Below, one piece after another: positions 51,308-62,498 of a DNA stretch of 64,000 nucleotides; the first letter of the stretch is position 1; each line of letters opens with the position of its first letter. Source of the DNA: an uncultured Pelagibacteraceae bacterium. Lineage in GTDB: Bacteria > Pseudomonadota > Alphaproteobacteria > Pelagibacterales > AG-422-B15. The stretch covers positions 714-64,713 of the forward strand of contig CACMAQ010000002.1 in the NCBI GenBank assembly GCA_902611715.1, in the 5' to 3' direction. A program made the position numbers and the translations under genes. The notes beneath the pieces are model-generated. The model saw nothing but the letters and a program-made list of their open reading frames with translations. It ran no database searches and was not told the origin of the DNA.

Positions 51308-52873
51308 ATGTTATTACACGAGTATTTAGAAAATGGAGCAGATAAAAATCCTAATTTCCCCTTTTCTGAATTTGAAGGAAATTCGCTTTCTTATCAAGAA
51401 GCAAATTTATTAAGCAATCAATTGGCTAACAAACTTGTTTCTGAGGGTTTAGAAGTTGGAGATAGATTTGCATTTCTTGCAAAAAATTGTACTGAAATGG
51501 CAATTATGTATTACGCGGCATCAAAAGTTGGTGCTGTACCTGTTCCATTAAATTATCGTTTAGCGGACCAAGAGTGGGCATACATAATAAATGACTCTGA
51601 AGCCAAACTTATAATAGTCAAAGGGAATGAATATTCGGATAGAATAAATCAGATTTCATCAGAGTTAAAAAATGTAAAAAAATATATTTCTATATCGCTT
51701 GATAATAGCATCGAAAAATTTCAGGATTTTTATGATTGGCTTTCAGATAGTTCGAATGAAAAACCAACTTTAAAAATCTATGAAAATGATGACGTATATC
51801 AAATGTACACAAGTGGTACTACAGGCCATCCAAAAGGTGCAGTTCTTTTACAAAGAAATGTTGCTGCTAATATTAGACAGTATTTAAATAGTTTAACTTT
51901 ACCTAGGCCTTCAAGAACTCTTTTGGTGGCCCCAATGTATCATGCTGCAGCAATGATTAATATGTGCGGATGCATTGCAATAGGTGGAACAATAGTTATT
52001 CAAGAGGATTTTATTCCGCAAGATGTAGTAGACTGTCTAGCAAATGAAAAAATTACGCATACAGTATTAGTCCCTGCGATGATTCAAGCATGCTTAGTAT
52101 CAGTGCCAAATGTTGCAAACAATGAATACAATGATTTAGATCAGATTCATTATGGAGCCTCACCGATTGCCCCGGAAACACTCAAAAAAGCAATGGACGT
52201 TTTTAAGTGTAAATTTGGACAAGGTTTTGGAATGACAGAAACGGTAGCTGTTATTTGTTTAATGACCCCAGAAGAACATATTCGTGCACTTAATGAAAAA
52301 CCTGAATTATTAAAGTCATGTGGCAGACCTGCAATCGATACACAAGTTGAAATTAGAGATGAAAATGATAACCCTCTTCCCATTGGAGAAATAGGTCAGA
52401 TCTGTGCAAAGGGACCTCAAATCATGAAGGGTTATTGGAATAAAAAAGAGGAAAGTGAGAAAGCGCTTAAAGGTGGGTGGATGCATACAGGTGATGCAGG
52501 TAGAATGGATGAAGAAGGATTTGTATTTATACAAGATAGAATAAAAGACATGATTGTGTCTGGAGGCGAGAATATTTACTCAACCGAAGTTGAAGCCGCT
52601 TTATTTGCACATCCTGATGTTGTTGATGCCGCAGTCATTGGCGTTCCAGACGAAAAATATGGTGAAGTAGTTAAAGCTTGTATCGTGAAAAAGGAGGGGT
52701 CAAATGTAACTGAAGCTGATTTGATTAGCTTTTGTAAAGACAGAATTGCAAGTTATAAAAAGCCCCAATCAGTCGATTTTATTGATGAAGTTCCAAGAAA
52801 TGCTAGTGGAAAAGTTCTAAAAAAAGTATTAAGAGAACCGTATTGGAAGGATCAAGAGAGACAAGTAAGCTAA
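51308..52873 (+). CDS. Acyl-CoA synthetase (AMP-forming, FadD-like)
   Basis: YTSGTTGHPKG AMP-binding motif, GWMHTGD, SGGENIYS, and C-terminal ASGKVLK. Confidence 0.85.
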   Translation: MLLHEYLENGADKNPNFPFSEFEGNSLSYQEANLLSNQLANKLVSEGLEVGDRFAFLAKNCTEMAIMYYAASKVGAVPVPLNYRLADQEWAYIINDSEAKLIIVKGNEYSDRINQISSELKNVKKYISISLDNSIEKFQDFYDWLSDSSNEKPTLKIYENDDVYQMYTSGTTGHPKGAVLLQRNVAANIRQYLNSLTLPRPSRTLLVAPMYHAAAMINMCGCIAIGGTIVIQEDFIPQDVVDCLANEKITHTVLVPAMIQACLVSVPNVANNEYNDLDQIHYGASPIAPETLKKAMDVFKCKFGQGFGMTETVAVICLMTPEEHIRALNEKPELLKSCGRPAIDTQVEIRDENDNPLPIGEIGQICAKGPQIMKGYWNKKEESEKALKGGWMHTGDAGRMDEEGFVFIQDRIKDMIVSGGENIYSTEVEAALFAHPDVVDAAVIGVPDEKYGEVVKACIVKKEGSNVTEADLISFCKDRIASYKKPQSVDFIDEVPRNASGKVLKKVLREPYWKDQERQVS

Positions 52874-54318
52874 GCTGTCGCCGTGCCTCCAACAGTAAGA
52901 TTTTCTATCAACATAGTGGGCTGACCTACTCCAACCGGAACGCTTTGACCGTCTTTACCGCACGTTCCAATACCTGTATCCATTTTTGAGTCATTGCCAA
53001 CCATCTTAACTCTTTTTAACACATCAGGACCGTTACCAATAAGCGTTGCACCTTTTACAGGGTTTGTAACTTTACCATTTTCAATTTTGTAAGCTTCAGT
53101 ACAAGTGAATACAAACTTACCACTTGTTATGTCAACCTGGCCACCGCCGAAATCCACAGCGTACAGACCATTCTTAACTGATTTTAGAATTTCTTCCGGA
53201 TGGCGATTACCCGACAACATATATGTATTTGTCATACGAGGCATGGGTAAGTGAGCATAACTTTCTCTTCTGCCATTTCCTGTAGGATTAACGCCCATCA
53301 GTTTTGAGTTTAATCTGTCCTGCATGTACCCAGTTAAAATTCCATTTTCAATTAACGTTGTACAATTAGTTGGTGTACCCTCATCATCAACGCTCAAAGA
53401 ACCTCTACGAGAATCAATTGTTCCATCGTCAACAACCGTCACTGACTCGTCTGCAATTTTTTCTCCCATAAGGTTAGAGAATGCAGAAGTTTTTTTTCTA
53501 TTAAAATCACCCTCAAGCCCATGTCCTATTGCTTCATGTAGCAGTACACCCGGGTAACCTGGTCCAAGAACTACATCCATTTCACCTGCAGGTGTGTCAA
53601 CAGAAGTAAGATTTATTTCAGCCTGATTGATTGCTTCATCTACCTGATTTTGCCAATGTGAGGAATTTAAGAAAGTTGAGTAATCTAATCTACCGCCTGA
53701 ACCTCTGCTGCCATTTTCCTGACGTCCATCCTTTTCGAGAACGATTGAAACATAAAGTCTTACAAGAGGGCGAAGATCTTCAATCATAATTCCACCAGGT
53801 CTATAAATTCTCACGGCCTGCCATTCACCGTTTAGTGATGCTGAGACTTGCTTAACATTTGGATTTTTTGATCTCGCGTAATCATCAATTTTTTTTAGAG
53901 TTTCAACTTTTTCTAAGAATTCAGTTTCATTAATTGGATTGTTTTCATTATAAAGTTTTCTGTTTGTTTTTGAAAAATTAGCGTTGAAATTTGCATTATG
54001 GCCTCTTGTGATAAAATTTACTGTTTCACTAGCTTTTTTTAGAGCGTTCTCATCAATATCGGATGAATGAGCGTAACCTGAACTTTCGCCAGCTATAGCT
54101 CTTAATCCAAAACCCTTTGATGTATCAAATGAAGCACTCTTTAACCTTTGATCATCGTATACAAAGCTCTCACTTTCACAGAATTCCATAAAAAGTTCTC
54201 CATCGTCTGCTTTGTACAAAGCATCTGATACAATTTTATCAACTTTTGTGTTATCTAAATTGCTTCTGGTGAAAAAGAGGCTGTCATTGGACTGATTCTC
54301 TGTTTTTTTGTTAATCAT
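52870..54318 (-). CDS. tldD: Metalloprotease TldD
   Basis: HEAIGHGLEGD zinc motif. 482 aa. Confidence 0.9.
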   Translation of the reverse strand: MINKKTENQSNDSLFFTRSNLDNTKVDKIVSDALYKADDGELFMEFCESESFVYDDQRLKSASFDTSKGFGLRAIAGESSGYAHSSDIDENALKKASETVNFITRGHNANFNANFSKTNRKLYNENNPINETEFLEKVETLKKIDDYARSKNPNVKQVSASLNGEWQAVRIYRPGGIMIEDLRPLVRLYVSIVLEKDGRQENGSRGSGGRLDYSTFLNSSHWQNQVDEAINQAEINLTSVDTPAGEMDVVLGPGYPGVLLHEAIGHGLEGDFNRKKTSAFSNLMGEKIADESVTVVDDGTIDSRRGSLSVDDEGTPTNCTTLIENGILTGYMQDRLNSKLMGVNPTGNGRRESYAHLPMPRMTNTYMLSGNRHPEEILKSVKNGLYAVDFGGGQVDITSGKFVFTCTEAYKIENGKVTNPVKGATLIGNGPDVLKRVKMVGNDSKMDTGIGTCGKDGQSVPVGVGQPTMLIENLTVGGTATA

Positions 54319-54388
54319 CTCTAATTGTTCTGAATAAAAAGTATCGTTATAAAATATATTAAAAAAACCCTAAAAACTAGCAAAAATT

Positions 54389-54403
54389 GCGTCAAACTGT
54401 CGC
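54389..54403. promoter_or_regulatory. Candidate RegA/PrrA-type box (GCGNC-N5-GNCGC)
   Basis: GCGTCAAACTGTCGC, extendable to TTGCG-N9-CGCAA at 54387-54405, lies in the 163-bp tldD/coxB divergent gap 79 nt upstream of the coxB ATG. The consensus is recalled from memory. Confidence 0.3.
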
Positions 54404-54481
54404 AAAATAATGAGTAGTTTAATGCAAATTAAGCAGTATATATTACGTAATAGCTCAATACATTAAATCAATAATTTCTCT

Positions 54482-55309
54482 ATGAAAAATATTATTAAGA
54501 TATTATTTTTTCTTCTAATACCGTCTTTTTCTCTAGCAAATGAAGGCATTTCTGAAAATTGGCAGCTGAGCTTTCAACAGCCTGCAACTGATTTAATGTC
54601 TGACATTATATCATTTCATAGTTATATTTTAATGCCTATCATTACAGGCATATCACTTTTAGTACTTGGTCTTCTGCTATATATCATGTTCAGATTCAAT
54701 AGCAGCCGCAATCATGTTGCTTCCACGACAACACATAATACAACAATTGAAATATTATGGACTGTAATACCAGTAATATTGTTAATTATCATTGCTATTC
54801 CATCTTTTAGATTACTTTATGTTTCTGAAACAATACCAAAGGCAGATATAACTATTAAGGCTATCGGCAATCAATGGTATTGGACATACGAGTACCCTGA
54901 TTTTGATGATATCTCTTTTGATGCCAACATGCTTGCTGATCATGAGTTATCAGATCCAAAGTTAAGATTGTTAGAGACTGATACTCAAATTGTTGTACCA
55001 GTAGATAAAGTAGTCAAGCTTCAGTTAACTTCAGCAGATGTACTTCACGCTTGGACAATTCCAGCATTTGGTGTCAAGATGGATGCTGTACCGGGAAGAT
55101 TAAATGAAACATGGTTTAAGGCTAATAAAGAAGGAATTTATTATGGCCAATGCTCAGAGCTTTGTGGTCCAAAACATGCATTTATGCCCATTAATGTAAA
55201 AGTTGTTTCAAATAAAGAATTTGAAGATTGGATCGTATTTGCTAAATCTGAGTATGCATCTTTAGAGATTAATTACAGTGATGATACATTTGAAATGGCT
55301 AAAAAATAA
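54482..55309 (+). CDS. coxB: Cytochrome c oxidase subunit II (aa3 type)
   Basis: Two TM helices and the CuA site HAWTIP ... CSELCGPKHAFM. Confidence 0.93.
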   Translation: MKNIIKILFFLLIPSFSLANEGISENWQLSFQQPATDLMSDIISFHSYILMPIITGISLLVLGLLLYIMFRFNSSRNHVASTTTHNTTIEILWTVIPVILLIIIAIPSFRLLYVSETIPKADITIKAIGNQWYWTYEYPDFDDISFDANMLADHELSDPKLRLLETDTQIVVPVDKVVKLQLTSADVLHAWTIPAFGVKMDAVPGRLNETWFKANKEGIYYGQCSELCGPKHAFMPINVKVVSNKEFEDWIVFAKSEYASLEINYSDDTFEMAKK

Positions 55310-55338
55310 AATATTTTATTTAGAGGAGATATATATAA

Positions 55339-56949
<1,611 letters not shown>

Positions 56950-56957
56950 AAATTAAA

Positions 56958-57887
56958 ATGGCAAATATTACCTCAGTTTCTAACAAACAGGAATTTGGGC
57001 TATGTTCTATTGCGACAAAGCTAGTTCTCTATACCTCCTTGCTTAAACCAAGGGTCATGTCACTTTCTATATTTACAAGCTTTGTAGGAATGATAATCGC
57101 ACCTGGAAGTTTAAGTTTTACAACGGGTTTGCTTGCAATTCTTGCTATCTCAATTGGTTCAGGCGCGTCAGGAGCACTAAACATGTGGTATGAGAGAGAT
57201 ACTGACAAATTAATGAATAGAACAAAAGATCGAGCTTTGCCAACAAACCAAATAAGTGCTAATGGGGCACTCATCTATGGCATAGCACTCTCAATAATTG
57301 CTGTATCAATGCTTTACTTGGTTTCAAATTTAGCAGCTGCAGGATTACTTTTATTGACAATTTGCTTTTATATATTTGTTTACACTATATGGCTTAAAAA
57401 GAGGACACCTCAAAATATTGTGATAGGAGGCGCAGCGGGAGCCTTTCCTCCGATGATCGGTTGGGCAGTTGTGACAGGAGGAGTTTCAACTGAGATTTGC
57501 CTTCTTTTCATGTTAATTTTTCTATGGACTCCTCCTCATTTCTGGGCTCTTGCGCTTTATAAATCTGATGATTACAAAAAGGCTGGAATTCCAATGATGC
57601 CACTGATTGTTGGTGAGCGTAAAACGATAAATTTAATTATCGCATATTCGATTACCTTATTGCCACTTACTTTAATTATGAGTACATACTATTCTTTGTT
57701 CTTTGGAGTTTCGTCAACATCTCTAAGTATTTTTTTCATTTATTTGGCATTTGATCTCAAAAGATCGTGGTTGAAAGATGGCTTACTTGAGCGAAAAGCT
57801 CAAATGCTGTTTTATTTTTCAATTATTTATCTGTTTAATATTTTCTCAATTCTATTAATCGATAATTTACTATGGAATATTTACTGA
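56958..57887 (+). CDS. ctaB: Protoheme IX farnesyltransferase (heme O synthase)
   Basis: UbiA-family prenyltransferase (NMWYERDTD, DKLMNRT) inside the cox operon. Confidence 0.9.
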   Translation: MANITSVSNKQEFGLCSIATKLVLYTSLLKPRVMSLSIFTSFVGMIIAPGSLSFTTGLLAILAISIGSGASGALNMWYERDTDKLMNRTKDRALPTNQISANGALIYGIALSIIAVSMLYLVSNLAAAGLLLLTICFYIFVYTIWLKKRTPQNIVIGGAAGAFPPMIGWAVVTGGVSTEICLLFMLIFLWTPPHFWALALYKSDDYKKAGIPMMPLIVGERKTINLIIAYSITLLPLTLIMSTYYSLFFGVSSTSLSIFFIYLAFDLKRSWLKDGLLERKAQMLFYFSIIYLFNIFSILLIDNLLWNIY

Positions 57888-57991
57888 TGGATAAAAAAAT
57901 AAAAAAAAGAAATATTATAACTGCCCTCGTACTAGTTTTCTTTGTGGCTTTATTTTTCTCTTACACTGTTTATAAGTTGGGAACTATTTAA
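57887..57991 (+). CDS. 34-aa single-TM protein, CoxF-like (not in the ORF track)
   Basis: MDKKIKKRNIITALVLVFFVALFFSYTVYKLGTI. Its ATG overlaps the ctaB TGA (ATGA-style) and its TAA directly abuts the ctaG ATG. The position matches the small coxF of coxBAEFGC operons. Confidence 0.5.
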   Translation: MDKKIKKRNIITALVLVFFVALFFSYTVYKLGTI

Positions 57992-58528
57992 ATGAATTTT
58001 ATCAGGTCAAATAACAGCATCACTGCGATTGGACTAATAGGAATAGTTATAACTATGATCGCTTTAGCTTATGCGTCAGTGCCTCTATACAACTATTTTT
58101 GTAAAGTTACAGGATTTGGAGGCACTCCAAATGTATATTCATCTGAAAGTATTTATTCTATCGATAAAACTATCAATGTTAGACTAGACTCCAATGTTGG
58201 TTCTACCCTTGATTGGGAATTCTATCCTGAGCAAAGAATTCATCAATTAAAGATAGGTGAAAATAAACTGATTAATTATGTGATAGAGAATAATACAGAC
58301 CAAACTCTAAGCGGTACAGCTGTTTATAATGTATCACCAACTGAGGCAGGAAAGTACTTTAACAAAATTGAATGCTTTTGTTTTCAAGAAACGGAGCTCA
58401 TGGCTAACGAAACTAAAATTATGCCAGTTTCATTTTTTATAGATCCTGAAATTGAAAATGATAAATACATTTCTGATTTATCAGAAGTTACTTTGTCCTA
58501 TACCTTTTATGAAAACAGTGATACATAA
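57992..58528 (+). CDS. ctaG: Cytochrome c oxidase assembly protein CtaG/Cox11
   Basis: N-terminal TM anchor and the copper-binding CFCF motif. 178 aa. Confidence 0.9.
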   Translation: MNFIRSNNSITAIGLIGIVITMIALAYASVPLYNYFCKVTGFGGTPNVYSSESIYSIDKTINVRLDSNVGSTLDWEFYPEQRIHQLKIGENKLINYVIENNTDQTLSGTAVYNVSPTEAGKYFNKIECFCFQETELMANETKIMPVSFFIDPEIENDKYISDLSEVTLSYTFYENSDT

Positions 58529-58534
58529 TTAGGT

Positions 58535-59335
58535 ATGAGTTCAGAAAATACAAAAAGAACGCATGAATACCATTTAGTTGATCCAAGTCCTTGGCCCCTA
58601 CTTGCATCTATTGGAGCTTTAATCGCATGCGTTGGTGCGGTTGTTTATTTTAGGACCGATGATATGTGGACAATGATAATTGGTTTAGCAATTGTTATCT
58701 ATGTTTCATACATGTGGTTTAGGGATGTGATTATAGAAGGCGAACATCAAGGTCATCACACTCCAGTTGTTCAAATTGGCCTTAGATACGGCATGACTTT
58801 ATTTATTGCATCAGAAGTTATGTTCTTTGTTGCTTGGTTTTGGGCATATTTCAACGCAAGTTTATTCCCTACAGAACAAATAGGGGCTATGTGGCCTCCA
58901 CCAGATATTCATCTAATGGATCCGTGGCATATACCTCTAATCAACACGTTAATCTTGCTTTTATCAGGAACAACAGTTACCTGGGCTCATCATGCATTGC
59001 TAGAAGGCAATAGAAAAGAGCTAATACAGGGACTATGGTGCACGGTAGGACTTGGTGTTGTGTTCACTGGTTTTCAGGTTTATGAATACATGCATGCTGA
59101 TTTTTCATTTTCTGGGCACATCTATGGAGCAACTTTTTATATGGCGACTGGCTTTCATGGCTTTCATGTTCTAATTGGAACAATATTCTTAATTGTTTGC
59201 CTTGGAAGATCGATTGCTGGCCATTTTAAATCTGACCATCATTTTGGTTTTGAGGCTGCTGCTTGGTATTGGCATTTTGTTGATGTTGTTTGGCTATTTT
59301 TATTTGCAGCAATTTATGTTTGGGGCTCATATTAA
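58535..59335 (+). CDS. coxC: Cytochrome c oxidase subunit III
   Basis: 7-TM protein with the conserved HFGFEAAAWYWHFVDVVW C-terminus. Confidence 0.93.
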   Translation: MSSENTKRTHEYHLVDPSPWPLLASIGALIACVGAVVYFRTDDMWTMIIGLAIVIYVSYMWFRDVIIEGEHQGHHTPVVQIGLRYGMTLFIASEVMFFVAWFWAYFNASLFPTEQIGAMWPPPDIHLMDPWHIPLINTLILLLSGTTVTWAHHALLEGNRKELIQGLWCTVGLGVVFTGFQVYEYMHADFSFSGHIYGATFYMATGFHGFHVLIGTIFLIVCLGRSIAGHFKSDHHFGFEAAAWYWHFVDVVWLFLFAAIYVWGSY

Positions 59336-59347
59336 TAAATACTTTAA

Positions 59348-60043
59348 TTGATTAAAAATCTTCTTTTCCACTTAATATTTATTTCAACAATTGTTCTACT
59401 TCTTTTGCTTTGTTTTTGGCAAACACAAAGGCTCGAATGGAAAAATAATTTAATAGATTCAATTAATTCTAATTATAATTCTGCGCTAGATGAATTTCCG
59501 TCAAACGACGAGAACTCTCAATATGAATTCATGAATACTTCGGTAAAAGGACAACTATTAACTGGTAAAAAAATGTTTTTTTATAAATTTAATCTTAAAG
59601 GAGAGTCTGGTTATGAAATTGTCTTACCAATGCAAATGATTAGCAAAAAATTTATTTATGTAATACTTGGCTGGATACCGTTTGATTCTAAAGATAATTT
59701 TGAATTAGACGAAGTTTTCAAAAATAGTGAGATAGAAATAAGAGGAGCTTTAATCTATTCGAAGGATCGAAAGCCGCTTATTCCAGAAAATGATACAATT
59801 GCAAATACCTGGTATTTGCTCAATACAAGTGAAATGGATAAATATCATAAATTAAATTCTAGTAAGTATATGATTAAATTATTAGACCAAAGCTATACTG
59901 ATAATGTTCTGATTGAATTTGAGCCATCTAATATAACAAATAATCATCTCCAGTACGCTGTCACCTGGTTTTTGTTGTCTTTTGTAATTATGATAATGTA
60001 TATCTACTATATTAGACAAAAGGTGCAAAAAAATGAGGTATAG
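59348..60043 (+). CDS. surf1: SURF1-family cytochrome oxidase biogenesis protein
   Basis: N-terminal TM with CFWQTQRLEWK, C-terminal NHLQYAVTWF plus a TM helix. TTG start. Confidence 0.75.
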   Translation: MIKNLLFHLIFISTIVLLLLLCFWQTQRLEWKNNLIDSINSNYNSALDEFPSNDENSQYEFMNTSVKGQLLTGKKMFFYKFNLKGESGYEIVLPMQMISKKFIYVILGWIPFDSKDNFELDEVFKNSEIEIRGALIYSKDRKPLIPENDTIANTWYLLNTSEMDKYHKLNSSKYMIKLLDQSYTDNVLIEFEPSNITNNHLQYAVTWFLLSFVIMIMYIYYIRQKVQKNEV

Positions 60044-61418
60044 AAGTACAAGGGGCAGCGATTACTTTGGGTTTAGAGAAGTTTTATTTGCTGGTTTAGC
60101 AAATGATGGAGGCCTATTTATTCCTGAAAATTGGCCAAATATAAATCATAAAGATATTAATCGAAATGTAAGTTATGAAGATTTAACAGAAATTATTTTA
60201 TCTCCATTTATTGGTGACGAAATAGAATCCGATCAATTGAAGAGGATTATTAAAGAAGCGTATTCAAATAACTTTACAGAAAGTAGCTGTGTATCATTCA
60301 AGGAGCTTAATAAAAATGAAATAATAGTGGAGCTATTCAATGGCCCAACTTTAGCCTTCAAAGACTTCGCAATGCAATTACTTATCCCTCTTTTTGATCA
60401 TTTTTTAGAAAAAGAAAAGAAAAGAATAAATCTTATAGTAGCAACATCAGGTGACACAGGATCAGCTGCTATCAACGCTGTAAAAAAAAGCAAAAACATA
60501 AATATTTTCTGTTTATATCCTAAGGGTAGGATTTCAGAATTTCAGAGAAGGCAGATGTCTACTGTTAATCAGGAAAATATTTTTCTTTGTGAAGTAGAAG
60601 GAACTTTTGATGATTGCCAAAAAATTGTTAAAGATATTTTGAAAGATACAGATTATAGTATGCATAATAATATATCAGCAGTTAATTCAATTAATTGGGC
60701 AAGAATTATCATTCAATCAGTATATTACTTTTATACACTTATTAATTTTACTGAAAGAGCTTCCAATAAAGTTAATTTTTCTGTCCCAACTGGTAACTTC
60801 GGAGATATTTATGCTGGTTATGTTTCATATAAAATGGGATTACCTATCAATAAATTAATAGTGGCTACTAACGAAAACGATATTCTAAATAGATTTATGA
60901 AGTCAGGAGTATATGAGTCTAAAACAGTCATAAAAACATCAAGCCCAAGTATGGATATTCAGGTAGCAAGTAATTTTGAAAGATTACTTTTTGATATACT
61001 TAATCAATCAAATACTGAAACAAAAGTATCAATGGAAAATTTTGAAGAAAGTGGAAAAATATCAATATCTGAGGAAAATTTAGAAAAAGTTCGAGAGATA
61101 TTTAGCTCGAATAGTTCTTCGATGGATATCGTTCAAAACACAATCAAATCCGTGAAAGATAATTTTTCATATGTTATTGACCCACACACTGCTACAGGAC
61201 TGGATGCATCAAGATTTGAAAAAGATATGGATAGGCTTAATTTTGTTTTGGCTACAGCTCACCCTGTAAAATTTTCTGAGGTTGTTGAAAAATCAATAGG
61301 TGAAGGTTTAAATTTAATGAGTAAATACAATTACTTATTTGATGCTGAAGAAAAAATGTATAAAATGGAAAATAACACAATTCAAATTAAAGAATTCATT
61401 AGGGAGCAGATAAGCTAG
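60033..61418 (+). CDS. thrC: Threonine synthase (long form)
   Basis: PLP-Lys region PTLAFKDFAMQ, ATSGDTGSAA, NSINWARI. 461 aa. Confidence 0.9.
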   Translation: MRYRSTRGSDYFGFREVLFAGLANDGGLFIPENWPNINHKDINRNVSYEDLTEIILSPFIGDEIESDQLKRIIKEAYSNNFTESSCVSFKELNKNEIIVELFNGPTLAFKDFAMQLLIPLFDHFLEKEKKRINLIVATSGDTGSAAINAVKKSKNINIFCLYPKGRISEFQRRQMSTVNQENIFLCEVEGTFDDCQKIVKDILKDTDYSMHNNISAVNSINWARIIIQSVYYFYTLINFTERASNKVNFSVPTGNFGDIYAGYVSYKMGLPINKLIVATNENDILNRFMKSGVYESKTVIKTSSPSMDIQVASNFERLLFDILNQSNTETKVSMENFEESGKISISEENLEKVREIFSSNSSSMDIVQNTIKSVKDNFSYVIDPHTATGLDASRFEKDMDRLNFVLATAHPVKFSEVVEKSIGEGLNLMSKYNYLFDAEEKMYKMENNTIQIKEFIREQIS

Positions 61419-61993
61419 TGTCATTTTTAACAACTTATTATCCAAAAAAGATAACATTTGAGAGGAAAGGTGAAAACGTCATCCTAAGACCTCCTGATTA
61501 TAAAGATTGGAAATCATGGTCTTCATTAAAAGATAAAAACAAAAAATATTTAAAACCGTGGGAACCTACTTGGTCACCAAATGAACTTGAAAGAAGTTCA
61601 TTTGTAAAAAGAGTAAGATATTTTGAAAAACTTGCATTAGATGATAATGCATATTCCTTTCTGATATTTGAAAAAAATAATAATAATTTGATTGGCGAAA
61701 TTAATATAAATAATGTTCAAAGAGGTGTAGTTCAATCTTGCTCAATTGGGTATTGGATTTGTGAAACTAAGATGGGTAAAGGTTTAATGAGTGAGTCAAT
61801 AAAACTTATCAAAGAATTTATTTTTGATGAATTGAATTTACATAGAGTAGAGGCAGCGTGCTTACCAAGGAATGAGCGTTCTTTAAAGACACTTGAAAAA
61901 AATAATTTTTGCATTGAAGGATTAGTAAGACAGTATTTGAAAATCAATGGCAAGTGGGAGGACCACTTACTTTTATCTTGTATTAAGGAATAA
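61418..61993 (+). CDS. GNAT N-acetyltransferase (RimJ/RimL-like)
   Basis: GNAT core (IGYWICETKMGKGLMSE ... HRVEAACLPRNERSLKTLEKNNF). GTG start sharing one nucleotide with the thrC TAG. Confidence 0.7.
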   Translation: MSFLTTYYPKKITFERKGENVILRPPDYKDWKSWSSLKDKNKKYLKPWEPTWSPNELERSSFVKRVRYFEKLALDDNAYSFLIFEKNNNNLIGEININNVQRGVVQSCSIGYWICETKMGKGLMSESIKLIKEFIFDELNLHRVEAACLPRNERSLKTLEKNNFCIEGLVRQYLKINGKWEDHLLLSCIKE

Positions 61994-62011
61994 ATTTAGT
62001 ATGGTCGTCAA

Positions 62012-62497
62012 ATGTCCGATTTAATTGGAAATGAATTACCAAATGAAACTTTAGTTTTTATGGATAAGGACAAAGGTCCACAACCATTAAAGATATTGGA
62101 CTTCTGCAAAGGAAGAAAAATAGTAATCTTTGGTGTACCAGGTGCATTCACACCAACATGTGCTCGAAATCATTTACCTGGCTTTATAGAGAATGCCGAC
62201 AAAATTAAAGAAAAAGCTGTTGATGAAATTGTATGTTTTGCAACTAACGACATATTTACTATGTCGGCATGGGAGGAAATGTCTGGATCAAATGGAAAAA
62301 TAAAATTTTTATCAGATAGTAAGGCTGAGTTTGCAAAATCATTAGGTACAGACTATCCCGATACATTTGGAACATCGATCAAGACAAAAAGATGCTCACT
62401 ACTTATCAATGATGGAATTATTGAAAAGTTTTTTGTCGAAGTTGATGGTGGTAAAGTTGATGTAAGTGGAGCAAATAAAATGATGGATTTACTATAA
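62012..62497 (+). CDS. Peroxiredoxin, Prx5-like
   Basis: GVPGAFTPTC peroxidatic Cys motif. 161 aa. Confidence 0.85.
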   Translation: MSDLIGNELPNETLVFMDKDKGPQPLKILDFCKGRKIVIFGVPGAFTPTCARNHLPGFIENADKIKEKAVDEIVCFATNDIFTMSAWEEMSGSNGKIKFLSDSKAEFAKSLGTDYPDTFGTSIKTKRCSLLINDGIIEKFFVEVDGGKVDVSGANKMMDLL

Positions 62498-62498
62498 T

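Noticed and set aside
54442-54451. 10-bp palindrome ATTACGTAAT in the tldD/coxB gap
   Set aside because: It is short and AT-rich, so it is expected by chance in this composition. I can attach no known regulator consensus to it.
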